Assembly (NCBI RefSeq): GCF_964355755.1
Contig: NC_092675.1
Location: forward strand, 10,287,812-10,351,811
Length of the DNA stretch: 64,000 nucleotides
Direction of reading: 5' to 3'
DNA from: Antedon mediterranea
Lineage: Eukaryota > Animalia > Echinodermata
The position numbers and the translations under genes are program-made. Positions 26,895 to 40,016 of the stretch are shown piece by piece. Within the stretch, counting starts at the first letter, position 1, and every line of letters begins with the position of its first letter. A model generated the notes under the pieces. The model was not told the DNA's origin. It ran no database searches and saw nothing but the letters and a program-made list of their open reading frames with translations.

Positions 26895-27218
26895 CTTTTT
26901 TTCTGCACATGTAACCTGCATATCCTCTTCCTTATCCTCAGTTTTTCTATTTCTATCTTCACATTCAGAATCAGCCATGACTATGTCTTTGTCACTACAA
27001 TTTTCATTTAAAGTCACAGCACTGCATGATTGTGTATCAGTGCAACACTCATCACTGACAGTATGATCCTCATCTTGCAATGCTGGTTGACAGTGGTTGA
27101 TTACAGATTGTAGTACAATATTTGAATCTGTTTGGGATATTGATTCATCCTCCTTAATCACAGTAGGATCCTTTATTTCATTGGTAGAATCCACATTACT
27201 GGAGGAGAATGATATAGA
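26895..27218 (-). CDS. NAF1: Repeated N-terminal exon, copy 5 in transcript order (324 nt, phase 0-0)
   Basis: ttttcag|TCTATATCA...GAAAAAAAG|gtatgt; open 108 codons SISFSSSNVD...VTCAEKK. Linkage to NAF1 is inferred from frame and shared sequence. Confidence 0.7.
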
Positions 27219-29560
27219 CTGAAAAAACAATATTACATTCTTAGTGATATTTTGTATATATAACACCTAAATAAATTGCTGTCATGTGATTGGACGATTG
27301 TGGGTCACATGGCGTTCAATAGTACGCACTATTGCAGGGTTGGACATTAACGCCATTAACGCATTATCGCCCAGTCGCCCATGGCGACCTTTATTCACCT
27401 AGAGCAACTAACAATTCTGTAATGGTCTCTCCGTTTGGCTACAAATCAAAACCTCTATAAATCTGTACTTTTTACTATGACCAAGATAGGCCAGGCCTGC
27501 CCTAGTTCAAGTCGATTTAAACTCTTCATAAGTCAAGAGAGTAATGATTCCCAGCTTCGTCCTTCATGGAGATGAAGCACAACAAGTCACCAAAATGGGG
27601 ATTCCCCTGCCTGCTGCTTTCATCAAGCACGAATTTACTTCATTACCTTATAGTGTATCCAGTATGGTATCAGAGTAACGCCTCCTTTACAGCAAGGCAT
27701 GCATAATAACCAACCAAATTACTATTTTTTTTTATTGAACGAAGCAATTTTGAATTTGATAAATAAAAATAGTTTATAAAATATTTAATAGTAGGTCTAA
27801 ATAAATGTTTATCATTTAGAGAGTCCATTTTGCTTCAATTCTGCCTCTGTTTTTCAAGTAAATTTTTTATTCAGGAACCAGTTAGATAACTTCTTGAATC
27901 CGAATCCTCCGCAAAACATGTGATGCATGCCCTGCCTGCTGTCTAGAGCTGCTCTTCTGGCCCTCCCGTGATGTGTGTGTGACCAACACATCCGGTTGTT
28001 TGATAATCAAATATAACCATTTCTTGATTATTTTTAAATCATTATTCGCAAATTATTATCAACATTGCTTGTTTTAAATTGTATAAATTTATGAAAAGGC
28101 CTACAGTACTGGTCAGAGGACTTTCGAGATTCTCGCTCGTGTTTTTCTGCTGTGTTTGTGGAGCGTTTCTAGAGTGTTTATCGAGGGATCGAGAGATTGA
28201 ATGCTGACCTCGGCCAGCGAAGCGTGAACATTTTACAACAACAATTGAAATCAATCATATGTACATAATATGAGCCCTTTTTATCTTTAGATTACTGACT
28301 TTGTTTATCTTCAACAAATAATACAAAGTATATTAATTAACATAATAAAAAAACAATAAAATATGTTTAAAATTCACATGTTAAAATTCATATCTTCAAA
28401 TTCCGAGTCAACAACATGCGCATCTACGATCTTTGTTATGTTGGTGGTCATCAACCCTAGATTTACGAAACTTTAGGCGATATGACGTCACGCAGCAAGC
28501 AAATGGTTTTCTCATCAGCTTTCGCTGCAAATTTTACAAAATTGTTTCTGTTGACTTTTTCCAGGGCATACAAAAACGATCATTTTGATGCAGTTTATTT
28601 ATTTTGTTTCAACGTTTATTCTGTTCATTAGATATACATAATAATTATATCGGTGATGATTACATACAGTACATATGCTATGCTACGGTAATTCATTGAA
28701 AATAAATGTAATTTCTTAACACATTTTTCTTTCTTCAAGCACAACGTTCAAACCAACTCAGAGAGCCTTGCTGTGTGAATCGCGGCACCACTGCTGACAG
28801 ACCATGTGTTTACTGACTGAACAGCAAACAACGCACTTTGGCCGGCCGGCTGTTTGCCACGATTACCGTTCTTCTGTGTATCATAATGCAACTCAAAGCA
28901 TGAATTTGTTTTATAATAAATAATTTTGTATTGAATGTGCTTTTATCAACTAAAATGAGATGTGAAAAATATGAATACCAAAGCCGAATAAAAAAATTTC
29001 AAAATAATATATTTTTAAAAAACCACATGATCGTATGAGGTCAATCACATGGTTCAATTAACAGTGGAAGAGTACAGTGTAGTAAATGGGGTAATATTTT
29101 TGTGGAAAAAACAACATCCTTAAGTATCGTTTTGCCCGATTTATTTCAAAAATCGTATGACCCCAGTTGGTGAGAATAACGACAACAACAGCACCTCATC
29201 CCCCAAACCTCATAAAAAAAAATTTTTTTTAAGTTCTAGAAATATTGCATTAAATATTTTATTAATAATGTTCATTAGGAACATTGAAACATGAAATTTA
29301 TTTTTCTGTTTTTTCGCCTTAAATATTACCATTACAAATTTGGAGTTTGAATTTGTACACTGCAATGTCCCATTGGCGCCTGCTGCTGGAAATACTGAAA
29401 AACGGTATTGGAAAAAAAATTGGGGCCACTAGATTTCGATAAGGGCAACAAACATTTATTTGTTGGGTAGCCCTGCTGGCTCTTGAGGTTTAGTGCTTTT
29501 GTGAAGCAACAGAGTGGAAATAACAGCGAAATTCTATATGATCCGTTTTTGGATCATATA

Positions 29561-31445
29561 CAGTACAGATAAAAACTACTGCAACATTTGCCACGCGTAG
29601 GTAACGTAGTCTACGCGTGGCGGGTGCGTGGCGGTTGCGTGGCGTAGCATTCGTAGTGCGTAGGCTACGCGTAGCATTCGTAGCCTACGTTGTGATCAAC
29701 TGTGTGTGGGAATTCCCCAAACTCAACTGTGTACAAGTACATCGTCGACGGCTAAGCAGGCTACGAAAGGTTCGAATAAATAGAAATGATACGATTGTTT
29801 CGCCAATACAATAATATCATCATCATTATTAAACATACTTGAAATTCAAATTTTTCTAAAGAAAATAGCAATTAAAATTGCTCAAAGCCTAGGCTAGACG
29901 CAAAAAGTCTAGGCTACTGCTGACTGCTGTACATTCACCATCGCCAGCCAGGCAGTAGTGTACAAAATGAATTGATGACGGGCCGTTATTATGACTACCT
30001 TCCATAGCAATAGTATTAGTAGTAGGCCTAAAATTGCAAGTTAATTTTTTATAAGTAATTAATACAGTACTCAGTATGTTTCATTTAAACAAAAAATATC
30101 CAGGTTTGAAACTGTCGTAACTGTACATCAAACTCCATTATTAGCTATTGTAACAACCTGCGGCAGAGGATCGGTGGAGGGTCAAGTTACAGGTCGTTTT
30201 ATAGAACATCGTCATCAGCAGAGAGGAGGAGGATCGGAGGACACATAACACATGGTATAATACCTCCATGCATAACATGTGCTTGCCTGATCTTGTTGTT
30301 TTGGTTTTTTTTAGTCATGCGCGATAATAAATTAGATAGTATTTAAATAAATGTTATTTTAGTTATAAATAAAAATAAATTTTAGGGTTAGGAAATATGC
30401 AAGACTTTATTTAATAAAAGTTGAACTTCACTAAATTGAAGGTTAAAATCAAAACATAAAAGTACAGTTCAGAGAGTGTATCCATCCGCGGATCATAAAA
30501 ACGTGGATATAAACACACTGGGCGAATGAATTACAAATGGAGTGATCCGTCTCGATTTCCGTTGGAACAAAAATAATATCGTATTTGTATTCTACTATTT
30601 TGACATTTACAGTATTTAAACAATTCATATTATCCCATAGTACTAAATAAGCGTAATATTTCATTTAAACGCAATTTTAAAACGAAACATCGTTCATTAT
30701 ATAGCCTAGTATTAGTAAACAAACATAGTTCAGACAGTAGAGTTGTACTGCGCGATACACACACGTGGGTAAACAGCAGCTTCACGGCGAAAACTGTCGT
30801 ATAAAGAAAATATCCTTCTGTCACCTAGCTAGGCTATACACATTATTTCACATTTTCACGCCATGTACATCGTATTTAACGCTTGTACACAGTATGGATT
30901 ATCATACAGTACTACTACTAAGTAGGCCTATAAGTAAGGCGTACCACATATTTTAAAATTAAACTGTCGGTAGGTACGCCGGTAACCCTACCTTTTTAGC
31001 AAGCTAGCTAGGCCTAGCCGGAGGCCATTTCACACAAACAGACGACGACCGCCGTCCGTCCGTACGATGGCCGATCGGTGATAGATGTACTACACTTCTT
31101 CTTCTTTCATAAAAATAAATGTTCCATTTTAACACAACCAACACACAATAATTAATACTAATATTAATACATTTATTATTACTTCACAGTAATTAACTCG
31201 CATTTTAAATTTGATGAAAACTAGTATTCAAATTCGTTAACTAATTCCGTGTGGTGCATGCAGCGCAGTACACAATAATCTGAACATTGGGATTTCCCCT
31301 CCTAGCTCTCGCTTCGTAGGCTACGCGTAGACTAAGCGTAGCATGTTAGCTTGCGTAGATTACGCCACGCGAAACCTACGAAGTGGCCACGCGTACGAAA
31401 CGTAGTCTACGCGTCCAAATGTTGCAGTATTTATTATCTGTACTG
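29561..31445. mobile_element. TA-targeting MITE (Tc1/mariner-like termini)
   Basis: TIRs CAGTACAGATAAAAACTACTGCAACATTTG / CAAATGTTGCAGTATTTATTATCTGTACTG; TA TSD; empty site GGATCATATACTGC seen in paralogous units (~26791, ~36693). Confidence 0.85.
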
Positions 31446-31561
31446 TACGCTTTTTTGCAAAGGGTGTATGAAACATTAGCCAATCAATTTAATTAGCAAT
31501 TATGACAAATCTAATCTAGCAAATTTCTAGTTTGCTGGGATGAATTCTAGCCTTGACATAC

Positions 31562-31885
31562 CTTGTTTTCTGCACATGTAACCTGCATATCCTCTTCCTT
31601 ATCCTCAGTTTTTCTATTTCTATCTTCACATTCAGAATCAGCCATGGCTATGTCTTTGTCAATACAATTTTCATTTAAAGTCACAGCACAGCATGATTGT
31701 GTATTAGTGCAACACTCATCACTGACAGTATGATCCCCATCTTGCAATACTGGTTGACAGTGGTTGATTACAGATTGTAGTACAATATTTGAATCTGTTT
31801 GGGATATTGATTCATCCTCCTTAATCCCAGTAGGATCCTTTATTCCATTGCTAGAATCCACATTACTGGAGGAGAATGATATAGA
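31562..31885 (-). CDS. NAF1: Repeated N-terminal exon, copy 4 (324 nt)
   Basis: Same AG/GT boundaries; open frame. Confidence 0.7.
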
Positions 31886-31934
31886 CTGAAAAAAACAATA
31901 TTACATATATTACATTCTTAGTGATATTTTGTAT

Positions 31935-32840
31935 TATATAACACCTAAATAAATTCCTGTCATTTGATTGGACGATTGTGGGTCACATGGCGTGCAATAG
32001 TACGCACTATTAAACGATCGTTTAATAGTACTTTTTGAAACATTTTTGTGTACGAAAAAAAAAACGTCTCGCGGATGAAAAAAAATCTAGTACACAAATT
32101 ATCCTATGATATGGCTCTGTACGGTGAAATACAACAGCGCCACCTGTCGTCTGGTCTCAGTTTCATTTGTAAACACCACCGCGAGATATGCAACAGCAGC
32201 AGATATTTGTGTATGATTTGGACATTATGTACTAATTTCATTCAAAAAGGCATTTAAATTAGCTTTAGTTCGTTTTTAGGATTTTGATTAATTAATGGGG
32301 ACATCCCTACAAGACGTGGAATTGTTGGAAAAACCATAATTAGCTTTAGATAAGTTCCAATTGTCTGTCGAAGTTTTGCCTTTCAGCCAAGCTAGTACTA
32401 GGTCTAGCCTAGGCCATGCTAGTATCTATTAGGCTAGGCCTAGCCAAGGCGTTTTAGCCTTGCTTGGCCTAGGATTGTTTGGTCGTTTGTTGACATAATT
32501 AACACAAAAGTAGGTGTGTTTACGAAATCCATATAAATATAACATTTAATATAAAATTATTAAAAACCAAATGTTACTGTTTTTAATCAATGTGAATGAA
32601 ATGTAGTAGGCTAGGGCTACCTTTTATTGATTCAAATAACTTGAATTTATTTAGATGTTATATACAAATAACAAATAATGAATGTTTTGTATTCGTGTAA
32701 TGGTACAAATAATGGCACTTGGTGAATGATGAAAGGTTATATTTCAACTCGGCTCATCGCCTCGTTGAAATATAACCTTTCATCATTCACCTCGTGCCAT
32801 TATTTGTACCATTACACTCATAAACATTCATTATTTGTAT
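31935..32840. mobile_element. Non-autonomous element with long terminal palindrome (Crypton-like)
   Basis: Starts TATATAACACCT...GATTGG; ends in a ~170-bp hairpin (32671-32838); related pieces at ~1150-1220, 38953-39090 and 53125-53573. Family is inferred. Confidence 0.55.
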
Positions 32841-34241
32841 ATTATATAACACCTAAATAAATTGCTGTCATTTGGTTGGACGATTGTGGGTCACATGGCG
32901 TTCAATAGTACGCACTATTGCAGGGTTAGACATAACAATCGCCCGGTCGACCTTTATTCACCTAGGGCGACTAACAATTTTGTAATGGTTGCCTCGTTTG
33001 GCGACCTACAAATCAAAACCTCTATAAATCTGTACTTTTTATTATGCCCAAGATAGGCTAAATAGACCACCCCCTGCCCTAGTTCAAGTCGATTTAAACT
33101 CTTCCCAAGTCAAGAGAGTAATGATTCACAGCTGCTTCCTTCATGGAGATGAAGCACAACAAGTCACCAAAATGGGGATTCCCCTGCCTGCTGCTTTCAT
33201 CAAGCACGAATTTACTTCATTACCTCATAGTGTATCCAGTATGGTATCAGGGTAACGCCTCCTTTACAGTAAGGCATGCATAATAACCAACCAAATTACT
33301 TTTTTTTATTGAACGAAGCAATTTTGAATTTGATAAATAAAATAGTTTATAAAATATTTAATAGTAGGTCTAAATACATGTTTATCATTTAGAGAGTCCA
33401 TTGTGCTTCAATTCTGTCTCTGTTTTTCAAGTAAATTTTTTATTCGAGAACCAGTTTGGTAACTTCTTGAATCCTCCTCCTCAAAACATGTGATGCATGC
33501 CCTGCCTGTTGTCTAGAGCTGCTCTTCTGGCCATCCTGTGATGTGTGTGTGACCAACACATCTGGTTGTTTGATAATCGAAAATAAACAATTCTTGATTA
33601 TTTTTAAATCAATATTCGCAAATTATTATCAACATTGCTTGTTTTAAATTGTATAAATTTGTGAAAAGGCCTACAGTACTGGTCAGAGGACTTTCGACAT
33701 TCCCGCTCGTGTTTTTCTGCTGTGTTTTTGGAGCGTTTCTAGAGTGTTTATCGAGGGATCGAGCGATCGAATGGTGACCTTGTTGTTTTACAACAACAAT
33801 TGAAATCAATCATACGTACATAATATGAGCCCTTTTTATCTTTAGATTACTGACTTTGTTTATCTTCAACAAATAATACAAAGTATATTAATTAACAATA
33901 ACATTTATAAAAAAACAATAAAATATATGTTTAAAATTCACATGGTAAAATTCATATCTTCAAATTCCGAGTCAACAACATGCGCATCTACGATCCTTGT
34001 TATGTTGGTGGTCATCAACCCTAGATTTACGAAACTTTGGGCGATATGACGTCACGCAACAAGCAAATGGTTTTCTCATCAGTTCTTTCTGCGAATTTGA
34101 CAAATTGTTTCTGTTGACTTTTTCCAGGGCATACAAAAACGATCATCTTGATGCAGTTTATTTATTTTGTTTCAACGTTTATTTATACTGTTCATTAGAT
34201 TACATAATAATTATATCGGTGATGATTACATACAGTACATA

Positions 34242-35915
34242 CAGTACTGACTACAAATCATGTACCATAACCCGCGTTTGTCGCACGTGTAAAATATGTG
34301 TAATTGCCGCGTGCCTGTATTTGCCGTGTGGACCATGATGTCATCACTTTGTAGCTTTTTACTGGTAAAATATGGAACTCCCGGTACGACGCCCGCGACA
34401 ACACACACGTGGGTATCAGTTGTTTTGTTTCTATTGTTTAGGCCTACCATCATATTTATGTAATCTGAACCCGCCCGTTAACTGTATGTAACAAAGTTTA
34501 TTTTTTCTCTATTGTTTAGGCAAACAATAAATAAGAAAGTTTATAGAATTCATGTAAATTGTTTTTCATCGGGGTTTTGTTTAGAGTTCACGTCGTATTA
34601 TTTTATATAATGTGAGGCCTACAGTGAGAAGTTTACAACAGGGAGGCTAGAATAGAGAGCTACTGTACCTAAGCCCCCCACAAAAAAAACATATTTAGCA
34701 ATCTTTAATAGGTCAATAAATAGCCTAATAATAGTAAAATTATAAAATGATGTTTCCTTGTATTTTCGTAACCGTAAGCCAAATATTTAAATTAAAATAA
34801 AGAGCTAGTGTTTTAGGCCAAGTACAGTATTGGCTCAAATAACTGTGACTGTGAATGGCTTTTCCGCCGCTCGGTGTAGAAAGTCAAATTATTACGTTCT
34901 TCTAACACGTTTATTAAATGTCTTTTAGTATATTTCTATCTAACATGTCTGCATTGTATACTTGCTTTATAAATTCTCTGCTTATGAAACAACTTAATAA
35001 GTTGCTAAATTGACGTTTAAAGCAGATATTTGTCTGGCATCAGCACATGTTTATAATGAAAACAAAACAAGGTTCCAAAAATGGTACAGTCCAAAATGAG
35101 GTGTGCAATTAAATAATATCAACGTAAACATATGCGCACGGTATCAGGGCTGTAATTATAAGAGAACTGATTTCCCCTGGATGGGAAATGGTAAAAACTT
35201 GTATTTATTCGACCTTGCTTCTCTCGTTAGTTACCGCGCTAAATACATGCATGTCAATACTGGCGTTGTAATAAATGTTTTCCTCCCCGACGGGGAATGG
35301 TAAAACCTTTATGTTATTATTTGGCTTAGCAACTGTGTGTACTCAATGGATGAACTCTACAACGTGGTGCGTACAGAAGTACGTCATTCGGCCACCAGCG
35401 ACGATCGTGTTTTGAAAGATATTGTTGGGTCTTTTCTACCTTGTTTTTTTTAATGAGTTTTCTCAAATACTTAATAAATATGACTTTAAAATATATACAG
35501 TATAAACAAACCCTGAAAGTAAACTAGGCCTAGAATAGTAGTACTGTACTCCCGGTAGTAGGCCTAGTATTTTCAATCACAGACATAATTGCATCATGAT
35601 TCATGGAGGTTTTTACCTCCATGATTGCACTATGATAAATAAATCAATTTTTTATTTCAAATAGGCCTATATTTTGTTATATAAAATGCTGTTATCCTGT
35701 ACTGTAATTCCAGTTATTGTCTGTTTGATGATAATAATATATATGAACAAAACATCAACAAATTATAAATACAGTTCGCTGCAGTTGAATTACTCAATGC
35801 AGTAATGCACGAGTGAATATGGACAGTATTGTTAGTACCTAATTACACGCGAGTCATGCGTTTTCACACCCGTGTAAAATGTGTGGGCTTGGTATATGAT
35901 ATGTAGTCAGTACTG
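34242..35915. mobile_element. TA-targeting MITE
   Basis: TIRs CAGTACTGACTACA / TGTAGTCAGTACTG; TA TSD; empty site TACAGTACATATGCTATGC at ~28665. Confidence 0.85.
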
Positions 35916-36818
35916 TATGCTATGCTACGGTAATTCAATGAAAATAAATGTAATTTCTTAACACATTTTTCTTTCTGCACAACGTTCAAACCAACTCAGA
36001 GAGCCTTGCTGTGTGAATCGCGGCACCACTGCTGACAGACCATGTGTTTACTGACTGAACAGCAAACAACGCACTGTGGCCGGCCGGCTGTTTGCCACGG
36101 TTACTGTTCTTCTGTGCATCATAATGCAACTCAAAGCATGAATTTGTTTTATAATAAATAATTTTGTATTGAATGTGCTTTTATCAACTAAAATGAGATG
36201 TGAAAAATATGAATACCAAAGCCAAATAAAAAAATTTCAAAATAATATATTTTTAAAAAACCACATGATCGTATGAGGTCAATAACATGGTTCAATTAAC
36301 AGTGGAAGAGTACAGTGTAGTAAATGGGGTAATATTTTTGTGGAAAAAACAACATTTTTTTTAAGTTCTAGAAATATTGCATTAAATATTTTATTAATAA
36401 TATTTTATTAATAATATACATTAGGAACATTGAAACGTGAAATGTTTTTCTGTTTTTTCGCCTTAAATATTACCATTACAAATTTGGAGTTTGAATTTGT
36501 ACACTGCAATGTCCCATTGGCGCCTGCTGCTGCAAATACTGAAAAACGGTATTGGAAAAAAAATTGGGGCCACTAGATTTTGATAAGGCAACAAACATTT
36601 ATTTGTTGGGTAGCCCTGCTGGCTCTTGAGGTTTAGTGCTTTTGTGAAGCAACAGAGTGGAAATAACAGCGAAATTGTATATGATCCGTTTTTGGATCAT
36701 ATACTGCTTTTTTGCAAAGGGTGTATGAAACATTAGCCAATCAATTTAATTAGCAATTATGACAAATCTAATCTAGCAAATTTCTAGTTTGCTGGGATGA
36801 ATTCTAGCCTTGACATAC

Positions 36819-37142
36819 CTTGTTTTCTGCACATGTAACCTGCATATTCTCTTCCTTATCCTCAGTTTTTCTATTTTTATCTTCACATTCAGAATCAGCC
36901 ATGGCTATGTCTTTTTCACTACAATTTTCATTTAAAGTCACAGCACTGTATGATTGTGTATCAGTGCAACACTCATAACTAACAGTATTATCCCCATCTT
37001 GCAATACTGGTTGACAGTGGTTGATTACAGATTGTAGTACAATATTTAAATCTGTTTGGAATTTTGATTCATCCTCCTTAATCACAGTAGGATCTTTTAT
37101 TTCATTGGTAGAATCTACATTACTGGAGGAGAATGATATAGA
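36819..37142 (-). CDS. NAF1: Repeated N-terminal exon, copy 3 (324 nt)
   Basis: Same AG/GT boundaries; open frame. Confidence 0.7.
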
Positions 37143-37946
37143 CTGAAAAAAAACCAATATTACATTCTTAGTGATATTTTGTATTATAGAACACCTAAAT
37201 AAATTGTCATTTGATTGGACAATTGTGGGTCATATGGCGTTCAATAGTACGCACTATTGTTGGGTTAATCATTTAACAATCGCCCGGTCGCCCATGGTGA
37301 CCTTTATTCACCTAGGGTGACTAACAATTTTGTAATGGTTGCCTCGTTAGGCGACCTACAAATCAAAACCTCCATAAATCTGTACTTTTTATTATGACCA
37401 AGATAGGCTAAATAGACCACCCCCAGCCCTAGTTCAAGTCGATTTAAACTCTTCCCAAGTCAAGAGAGTAATGATTCACAGCTTCTTCCTTCATGGAGAT
37501 GAAGCACAACAAGTCACCAAAATGGGGATTTCCCTGCCTGCTGCTTTTATCAAGCATCAATGTAGTCAAAGGTAAATAAAAAATTTTGAATAACTTTCAT
37601 AAATTTTGTAAAATTTGCATAATCCATAATAAGTCAAAACACATTTGAAAATAAAATGTCCTTGTCATTATTTTTCTTTTTTAATTATTTTAGTTTAGTT
37701 ATGGTTATGCTTTTTTGGTCCCGTAGGAGCAAAATAAACTTAGGGGTCAATGGGTCAAGAGAATAGACCAAATACTATAGCCTACCTACAGTAGGCTAGC
37801 ATAGCTAGGCCTAGACCTTATGTAGCCAGGCTAAGTTAGGCCTAGTTGGCCACTGAAATTCGAGGCTAGTCAGACCATGCAAAATAAAAACATGTTGGCC
37901 TGATTTCTTCCAAAAATCGTATGACCCCAGTTGGTGTGAATATCGC

Positions 37947-38362
37947 TGTCATATTATGTTTCTACATTCCTATAGTTAGATAAAGAATGTTTTAGACCAG
38001 GTCTGCTAAATTTATAAGCCAATCATATGGTACTCCTCTGAAGCCCCTCATTTGCATGTTGAGTATATAAAGGAAATGTTATAGATATTGAGAGAAGAGA
38101 TAATAATATCATAGTAGAAAGACATATGAGTATAGAGAAGAAAGGTCTAGACTGGTAGAAAGTTGTATTGTATTAATAGTATTAAATATGGAGTTACAAG
38201 AAAAAATAAAAATACAAGAAATAAAAGTTGATATAGTAGAATATACTTTTGTATGTGGAATCGCTTTTAGTCTGTGTACGGTCTTGTGGATGTGTACGGT
38301 CTCGTGGATTAATACGCCAGAGAAAGCATACGCTCGGAACCGACTCGAATAAATTCACTAAA
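37947..38362 (+). mobile_element. Probable solo LTR
   Basis: Starts TGT; contains CCAAT, TATATAAA and AATAAA; flanked by 5-bp direct repeat ATCGC; absent from the paralogous position (~29175). The 3' end is AA rather than CA. Confidence 0.6.
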
Positions 38363-38573
38363 ATCGCCAACAACAAATTTTTGTTTTTAAGTTCTAGAAA
38401 TATTGCATTAAATTTTGTATTAATAATATTTATTAGGAATGTTAGAACATGAAATATTTTTGTTTTTTCGCCTTAAATATTACCATATCAATATATCAAT
38501 TTAATTAGCAATTATGACAAATCTAATCTAGCAAATTGCTAGTTTGCTGGGATGAATTCTAGTCCTGACATAC

Positions 38574-38915
38574 CTTGTTTTCTGCACATGTAACCTGCAT
38601 ATCCTCTTCCTTATCCTCAGTTTTTCTATTTCTATCTTCACATTTAGAATCAGCCATGGCTATGTCTTTTCCACTACAATTTTCATTTAAAGTCACAGCA
38701 CTGCAAGATTGTGTATCAGTGCAAGATTGTGTATCAGTGCAACATTCATCACTGACAGTATGATCCCCATCTTGCAATACTGGTTGACAGTGGTTGATTA
38801 CAGATTGTAGTACAATATTTGAATCTGTTTGGGATTTTGATTCATCCTCCTTAATCACAGTAGGATCTTTTATTTCATTGCTAGAATCCACATTACTGGA
38901 GGAAAATGATATAGA
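38574..38915 (-). CDS. NAF1: Repeated N-terminal exon, copy 2 (342 nt, 18-nt internal duplication)
   Basis: Same boundaries; in-frame TDTQSC duplication. Confidence 0.7.
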
Positions 38916-39517
38916 CTGAAAAAACAATATTACATTCTTAGTGATATTTTGTATATAACACCTAAATAAATTCCTGTCATTTGATTGGACGATTGTGGGT
39001 CACATGACGTTCAAGAGTACGCACTATTCAACGGTTGTTCAATAGTACTAATTCGCCTCGTTGATAACATTTCATCATTCACTTCATGCCACCTAACTCA
39101 ACTAAAAGTTGTTTTTCAGTAAGGCCGCACTCAAAACGAAAACATATACTAAAAAATGGATACAGAAAAATGTAAAGTAGAACAGACCTAATTACTTTTA
39201 AAGCAAAATAATAAAACAATTAAAATGAAATCAATAATGCACTTCAATTAAAGTCCCATTCCCTAGATTTTTTTAATCTAATTTAAGGTCACAAACTACA
39301 TTTAATGTAAAGAATAAATACTATATGGTCCTATTGCAAAAGATTGTTTGTCTTTAAACAGTTACACATGTGAAAAATAAGTTGATTCTATATGTCAAAT
39401 AATTAAGTTGAATTTACAAAGATTATTTGCTAGAATAAAAGGTAACCATTTTACCAACCAGCAAAATTTAGCCAGCAAATGGCTAGTTTGCTGGGATGAA
39501 TTCTAGCCCTGACATAC

Positions 39518-39796
39518 CTTGATTTCTGCACATGTAACCTGCATATCCTCTTCCTTATCCTCAGTTTTTCTATTTCTATCTTCACATTCAGAATCAGCCA
39601 TGGCTATGTCTTTTCCACTACAATTTTCATTTAAAGTCACAGCACTGCAAGATTGTGTATCAGTGCAACATTCATCACTGACAGTATGATCCCCATCTTG
39701 CAATACTGGTTGACAGTGGTTGATTACAGATTGTAGTACAATATTTGAATCTGTTTGGGATTTTGATTCATCCTCCTTAATCACAGTAGGATCCAT
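39518..39796 (-). CDS. NAF1: Probable first coding exon (copy 1), MDPTVIKEDES...
   Basis: Same donor AAG|gtatgt; ATG at 39796 preceded by an in-frame TAA; candidate acceptor ttttaag at 39821, so 39797-39820 would be 5'UTR. Confidence 0.6.
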
Positions 39797-39873
39797 TATA
39801 CTGATATCATGTTAATTTACCTTAAAAGATAACAAGTATACAGTAGAATCCTCCCTTTTAGACACACCTATTA

Positions 39874-40016
39874 AGGGGACACCCCTATTAAGGGCCTATC
39901 ACAGCACACCTGGACACTCCTATTCAGGGGACACCCCTATTAAGGGCCTATCACAGCACACCTGGACACTCCTATTCAGGGGACACCCCTATTAAGGGCC
40001 TATCACAGCACACCTG
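39874..40016. repeat. 52-bp tandem repeat, about 3 copies, inside a CAGTAGAA-type MITE end
   Basis: GGGGACACCCCTATTAAGGGCCTATCACAGCACACCTG recurs with period 52. Confidence 0.8.

Noticed and set aside
27334-29474. Intact hAT element (CAGGG...CCCTG)
   Set aside because: The 8-bp flanks do not match and the TIR similarity is too short to fix boundaries.
26880-39796. Five standalone small genes, as suggested by the ORF track
   Set aside because: The ORF ends extend past canonical AG/GT sites into intron sequence (FFQ at the start, VCQG-stop at the end); they are exons of one gene.
17983-39796. Intronic H/ACA or C/D snoRNAs hosted by the NAF1-like gene
   Set aside because: No convincing hairpin-H-hairpin-ACA or C/D pair was seen by eye; this would need Infernal/snoReport.
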